Shown: positions 58,762-64,000 of the stretch, in pieces | How positions within the stretch are numbered: position 1 is the stretch's first letter | Layout of the letters: each line of letters opens with the position of its first letter | Notes under the pieces: model-generated | Seen by the model: the letters and a program-made list of their open reading frames with translations, nothing else | Database searches by the model: none | Told to the model about the DNA's origin: nothing | Program-made: the position numbers and the translations under genes | NCBI RefSeq assembly: GCF_009914755.1 | Contig: NC_060935.1 | DNA length: 64,000 nucleotides | Reading direction: 5' to 3' (one strand) | Source of the DNA: the human T2T-CHM13v2.0 reference genome, Homo sapiens

Positions 58762-59033
58762 GTAGGAGCTTCTCTTCTAAATTCCTGTGACCTTCTGGTG
58801 AGCAGCTCTGCAATAGGCGTCTCATGCCCTCCCCTCAGAATCAGCTCTTACCAGTGTGTGACAATGGCCCTTCTGAGTCAGCTCTGTGAGCCTTCAGGGG
58901 GCATTCATGTCTGCTCTGCCCACTGGCCCCTCGTCTGCCTACAGGCACGCGTGCTGCCCTTCTTGGCCTGGAGGAGGTCCCGCTTACCCTCCTCCTGTTG
59001 GTCATGGATGTTCCTGCCTGTTCCCTTTGGCAG

Positions 59034-59105
59034 GTGTTTGTGAACACAGTATCCATAGGATTCTTGGACTACAAGACAACGAAGATTGCTGTCCCCCTGA
59101 TCCAG
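59034..59105 (+). CDS. GLB1L2: GLB1L2 exon 14, 72 bp ([24 protein letters not shown])
   Basis: AG/GT boundaries. Confidence 0.94.
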
Positions 59106-59364
59106 GTTCGTTGTTTTTGGGAGCTGGGTGATGGCTAGCCCCCGCTGCTTCGAGGAAGTCTGGGGGCAGTCACTGAGGAAAACCTGGGAGACCCGTGGCT
59201 CCTTACCCACAAGCTGTAGGTGGAGAGGGCGAGTGTGGCTTTCTGCCCAGCTGGGATGTACACTCCCATCCCCAGAGCGTAGGGAAGAACTGGGGTCCAC
59301 AAGCAAATTCTGAGGGGCAGCTGTGGCCTTCTGACAGTCATCGTTAGCCCCGTGTTCCCGGCAG

Positions 59365-59443
59365 GGTTACACCGTGCTGAGGATCTTGGTGGAGAATCGT
59401 GGGCGAGTCAACTATGGGGAGAATATTGATGACCAGCGCAAAG
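59365..59443 (+). CDS. GLB1L2: GLB1L2 exon 15, 79 bp ([26 protein letters not shown])
   Basis: LVENxGRVNYG motif. Confidence 0.95.
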
Positions 59444-59992
59444 GTGGGTCCCAGAATGTGTCAAAAGAAGAGTGGCCATGCTGGACACACAGGTGGCTAT
59501 TGCTTCTCTATGCTAGCAGGCCACCAGGCCATGGAGGCCTCTTGCAGGGAGGTGGAGGCTGGGTTGTCCCATACATGAGGCCAGTTCTGAGTGGGCCAGA
59601 GAAACTCCGCTGGGCTGTGGCCCCTGTCCTGTTAGCACTGCACGCGTGCATCGTCTGCGTGCTCGTGATAAACACTGTGAACACTGAGCTGGCCTCTTGT
59701 CTCCCCTGGGCTGCAGTCGGTTTCTGCAAGGATGTCTGCTTGGGGGGGCGGCAGTGAGGAGCAATGAATGTGATTTCCAGGAATCCAAGGAAAGGCACAA
59801 GACCCCTGCCTTCTTGGGCCTCCACACTGAAGTTCTCTTCTTGATCCATCTTGGGAAAGCTTATCTCAGATGTTGGGGGAGGAGGATGCGGGACATACAG
59901 CAAACAAAACACCTGTTGGTAGCGTACCCCTCTGGGAATAGGCCGCCAATTTGCTTTATGTTTCCTGGCCTACTAAATCTTTTATGCTTTAA

Positions 59993-60163
<171 letters not shown>

Positions 60164-61165
60164 TAGCCCTTCCTTTTTAAAAAAAATCTAGCTAAATGTG
60201 GGTGGTTTCAGGTAAGTTATAAAAAAAGAACTCAGAACAAAATGAATGCGACTGTGGTGAGCAGCACCGGTGACCTCCCAGCTCTCTCACGGTGTCTGCG
60301 TTTGTGACGGAGGAAACTTGAAGAGCTCTTATTGGTCCACATTTCCTCCGAGAGCCGTCTGGTGGCCTGCCAGGAAAGCCACGTGGCCCAGACACTGGGG
60401 CCTGGATCCTGGGGATCAGGGCCCTTCTAGATGGGCCTCAGAGCGGCATCTAGCACCACCCAGGCCCACACTCCTTTACCCTAGACAGCTCCCTCTCTGG
60501 GCCTGTCCTCACTTCTGTTGTTCTCCTGGGAGTTGGAAGGAGCACCAGCCTGACCATTGTTCCTAACTTTGCTTCCCTGAGCCCTTGTTGAGGGTCCCCT
60601 GGGCCCACACTGTGGAGTCCTGTCCTCTGGATCACAGTTCAATGTTTATAAGTCACAGACCTCCCTTGAGAAATGCGCGTGCCCACATAGACCCGCACCT
60701 GCCATTTCGGAGTCTGTAGGCCCTGCAAAGCCTCTCCACAGTCCTCGGCCTCCAAATTCCCAAGCTAGCCACTCAGCAGCTCTGTAATCTGAGACTGGCA
60801 GGGCTGGCCCGGCCCCGGGACACTGATGAGTGGCTCCTCAAGAGGACACATCTCTTCCCTGTTGGATGCCCGAGGGAGGGTGCCATCTGCTCACAGTCCA
60901 AACACTCCTAATGCACAGCTTTAATCCTAGGTGGCAGAGATGATTCTGGCTGAGTTATTAGGTCTGTGTAGCTTGGGCCCCACTGAAACTGGCCCTGCAG
61001 CTAGGCCAGAACCCTCTCGGTCATCTGGAACTTCCTTCAGAGAGAGGCCAGAGGTTGTTCTCGCCCTGTAACACCTCAGCTCTATATCCTTCCCATGGCA
61101 AATCTTAGGGTCTTCCTCCTTCCCGTCCCCCACAGAATTGCTAGGGAGCTTTGCTTGCAAGCGAA

Positions 61166-61256
61166 CGGCTTCCCAGGGAGCGTACACTTCAGTACCCCTC
61201 ACCCCAGCTTCTCAGGGAGCGTACACTTCAGCACCCCTCACCCCAGCTTCCCAGGG
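61166..61256. repeat. 39-bp tandem duplication, ~2.3 copies
   Basis: cagggagcgtacacttcagYacccctcaccccagctt repeated. Confidence 0.85.
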
Positions 61257-61333
61257 CTTCCCCTCGTGGCCCCGGCCCAGCTGACTCGGCCCCTGCCTTT
61301 GGGCTACCCACGTGTCCTGCCTCCCTCCCACAG

Positions 61334-61421
61334 GCTTAATTGGAAATCTCTATCTGAATGATTCACCCCTGAAAAACTTCAGAATCTATAGCCTGGATAT
61401 GAAGAAGAGCTTCTTTCAGAG
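61334..61421 (+). CDS. GLB1L2: GLB1L2 exon 16, 88 bp ([30 protein letters not shown])
   Basis: AG/GT boundaries. Confidence 0.95.
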
Positions 61422-61757
61422 GTGGGTCCCTGCCCAGCACCAGCCCTTGCACTCACAGGTATAGTGCTGTGTGGTGGGGCCCAGGGGTCCCTGGTGCACC
61501 GTGGCCTGGCCCGCACCCAGGTGTGAACGCCTCCAGGGGCCAGATCGGCTGGCCGAGGTGAGGGGTGGCACCCGCACTAGAAGCCGCATTTGCAGACTAG
61601 GAATTCCCAGCATCCTACCGTGCTGCCATTCTGTGTCCTGGTTAAGAGGCGGGGGGCCTTGGATGGGGAAACGGTGTCAGGGCCTTTTATTTTGCTTTAT
61701 TGTGCTGGTGGATTGAGAAGGGCCTCCTCCCTCTCCTTCTCTGTGTTCTGTCCTTAG

Positions 61758-61869
61758 GTTCGGCCTGGACAAATGGAGTTCCCTCCCAGAAACACCCACA
61801 TTACCTGCTTTCTTCTTGGGTAGCTTGTCCATCAGCTCCACCCCTTGTGACACCTTTCTGAAGCTGGAG
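61758..61869 (+). CDS. GLB1L2: GLB1L2 exon 17, 112 bp ([37 protein letters not shown])
   Basis: AG/GT boundaries; DTFL motif. Confidence 0.95.
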
Positions 61870-62214
61870 GTTGGTAACGCCCTTTTCCCTGCCAGTTTCT
61901 CCCACCTGCCTCCCGCCTTGGAGGGCTCTGAGCCAAAGCCACGAGCTTGGCGAGAGTCGTTGGTGGCTTCTGTGCCCAGAGGGTCTGAGAGGGCCGCTGG
62001 GGCCTCCCTGGGCCAGAGGAGTGGGTTCCCAGCAGAAGAAACACCTCATGCACTAGGGGGACAGGAAATAGAGCATCCCACCTGCCCACCCTCATGGCTG
62101 TCCAGACACAGCTCGCTTTGGTCTCCTGGACCTGAGAGAAGCACGCATGCATGTCTCCCTCCACTTTTGCTGTGGCTCTCGTGGTAGATGAACACCCTTC
62201 CCCTCTGTTTCAAG

Positions 62215-62331
62215 GGCTGGGAGAAGGGGGTTGTATTCATCAATGGCCAGAACCTTGGACGTTACTGGAACATTGGACCCCAGAAGACGCTTTACCTCCC
62301 AGGTCCCTGGTTGAGCAGCGGAATCAACCAG
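62215..62331 (+). CDS. GLB1L2: GLB1L2 exon 18, 117 bp ([39 protein letters not shown])
   Basis: GH35 C-terminal motif; AAG acceptor. Confidence 0.95.
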
Positions 62332-62584
62332 GTGGGAGCTTCCAGCCCCTTCCTGTTCCCCATGACGCCCTGCCCACCTGCCGTCCCAGGGAGCCTTCGG
62401 TCAGGGTGGAGGGGCGTGTCAGCGGGTTCTTCCTCCCTCCTCCTCGCTGCAGACGAGTTGTTGGTCCCTGTCCCTTCCAGCCTGGTTCCCAAACCCTTTC
62501 CTTCTGACCCTGCCACCTCTCAGCACCTCCCCTGGCTCCAGGACAGACGTCAGCTGCCCTCCCAGCCGGGCCCTCTCTCCACAG

Positions 62585-62671
62585 GTCATCGTTTTTGAGG
62601 AGACGATGGCGGGCCCTGCATTACAGTTCACGGAAACCCCCCACCTGGGCAGGAACCAGTACATTAAGTGA
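62585..62671 (+). CDS. GLB1L2: GLB1L2 exon 19 CDS ([28 protein letters not shown])
   Basis: TGA at 62669-62671; total CDS 1911 nt. Confidence 0.95.
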   Translation, partial: VIVFEETMAGPALQFTETPHLGRNQYIK

Positions 62672-63353
62672 GCGGTGGCACCCCCTCCTGCTGGTGCCAG
62701 TGGGAGACTGCCGCCTCCTCTTGACCTGAAGCCTGGTGGCTGCTGCCCCACCCCTCACTGCAAAAGCATCTCCTTAAGTAGCAACCTCAGGGACTGGGGG
62801 CTACAGTCTGCCCCTGTCTCAGCTCAAAACCCTAAGCCTGCAGGGAAAGGTGGGATGGCTCTGGGCCTGGCTTTGTTGATGATGGCTTTCCTACAGCCCT
62901 GCTCTTGTGCCGAGGCTGTCGGGCTGTCTCTAGGGTGGGAGCAGCTAATCAGATCGCCCAGCCTTTGGCCCTCAGAAAAAGTGCTGAAACGTGCCCTTGC
63001 ACTGGACGTCACAGCCCTGCGAGCATCTGCTGGACTCAGGCGTGCTCTTTGCTGGTTCCTGGGAGGCTTGGCCACATCCCTCATGGCCCCATTTTATCCC
63101 CGAAATCCTGGGTGTGTCACCAGTGTAGAGGGTGGGGAAGGGGTGTCTCACCTGAGCTGACTTTGTTCTTCCTTCACAACCTTCTGAGCCTTCTTTGGGA
63201 TTCTGGAAGGAACTCGGCGTGAGAAACATGTGACTTCCCCTTTCCCTTCCCACTCGCTGCTTCCCACAGGGTGACAGGCTGGGCTGGAGAAACAGAAATC
63301 CTCACCCTGCGTCTTCCCAAGTTAGCAGGTGTCTCTGGTGTTCAGTGAGGAGG

Positions 63354-63773
63354 ACATGTGAGTCCTGGCAGAAGCCATGGCCCATGTCTGCACATCCAGG
63401 GAGGAGGACAGAAGGCCCAGCTCACATGTGAGTCCTGGCAGAAGCCATGGCCCATGTCTGCACATCCAGGGAGGAGGACAGAAGGCCCAGCTCACATGTG
63501 AGTCCTGGCAGAAGCCATGGCCCATGTCTGCACATCCAGGGAGGAGGACAGAAGGCCCAGCTCACATGTGAGTCCTGGCAGAAGCCATGGCCCATGTCTG
63601 CACATCCAGGGAGGAGGACAGAAGGCCCAGCTCACATGTGAGTCCTGGCAGAAGCCATGGCCCATGTCTGCACATCCAGGGAGGAGGACAGAAGGCCCAG
63701 CTCACATGTGAGTCCTGGCAGAAGCCATGGCCCATGTCTGCACATCCAGGGAGGAGGACAGAAGGCCCAGCTC
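63354..63773. repeat. 70-bp minisatellite, 6 identical copies, in GLB1L2 3'UTR
   Basis: Unit acatgtgagtcctggcagaagccatggcccatgtctgcacatccagggaggaggacagaaggcccagctc. Confidence 0.97.
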
Positions 63774-63912
63774 AGTGGCCCCCGCCCCCCACCCCCCACG
63801 CCCGAACAGCAGGGGCAGAGCAGCCCTCCTTCGAAGTGTGTCCAAGTCCGCATTTGAGCCTTGTTCTGGGGCCCAGCCCAACACCTGGCTTGGGCTCACT
63901 GTCCTGAGTTGC

Positions 63913-63918
63913 AGTAAA
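63913..63918 (+). terminator. GLB1L2: Candidate variant poly(A) signal AGTAAA for GLB1L2
   Basis: No AATAAA noticed between the stop codon and window end; GU-rich sequence downstream. Confidence 0.55.
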
Positions 63919-64000
63919 GCTATAACCTTGAATCACACCCCCTCTGGTGATAGTCTCTGGTCATGTGTGCCACTCTTGCCAGAAGGGAAGGCTGTCTGAG

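Noticed and set aside
63354-63773. CRISPR-like array or repeated 64-aa ORFs
   Set aside because: Units are identical with no unique spacers; human minisatellite, and the ORFs are by-products

Overview
Human genomic DNA, recognised from the encoded proteins as the 11q25 GLB1L3-GLB1L2 tandem pair of glycoside hydrolase family 35 (beta-galactosidase-like) genes, both on the + strand. Bases 1-7190 hold the last 7 coding exons and 3'UTR of GLB1L3. Bases ~19200-63930 hold all of GLB1L2: a CpG-island promoter and 19 coding exons that I spliced by hand into 1911 nt (636 aa + stop), with putative catalytic E201 and E277. The rest is mostly Alu, L1, L2, MIR, LTR and DNA-transposon remnants. Best leads: (1) a decayed, intronless, poly(A)-tailed retrocopy of ATP4B (gastric H+/K+-ATPase beta) in a GLB1L3 intron, whose 5' end joins L1 sequence at what looks like an L1-donor/ATP4B-exon-5 splice junction; (2) Asp in place of the conserved Gly in the GLB1L2 acid/base motif (ENEYDS vs ENEYGS); (3) a ZBED4-like hAT transposase fossil between the genes; (4) a ~55-bp element duplicated ahead of GLB1L2 exons 8 and 17; (5) an inverted templated insertion carrying a hairpin; (6) a GC-AG intron; (7) a tandemly multiplied splice donor; (8) a perfect 6x70-bp VNTR in the 3'UTR. 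Gene and repeat identities come from recalled sequences, not from database searches.
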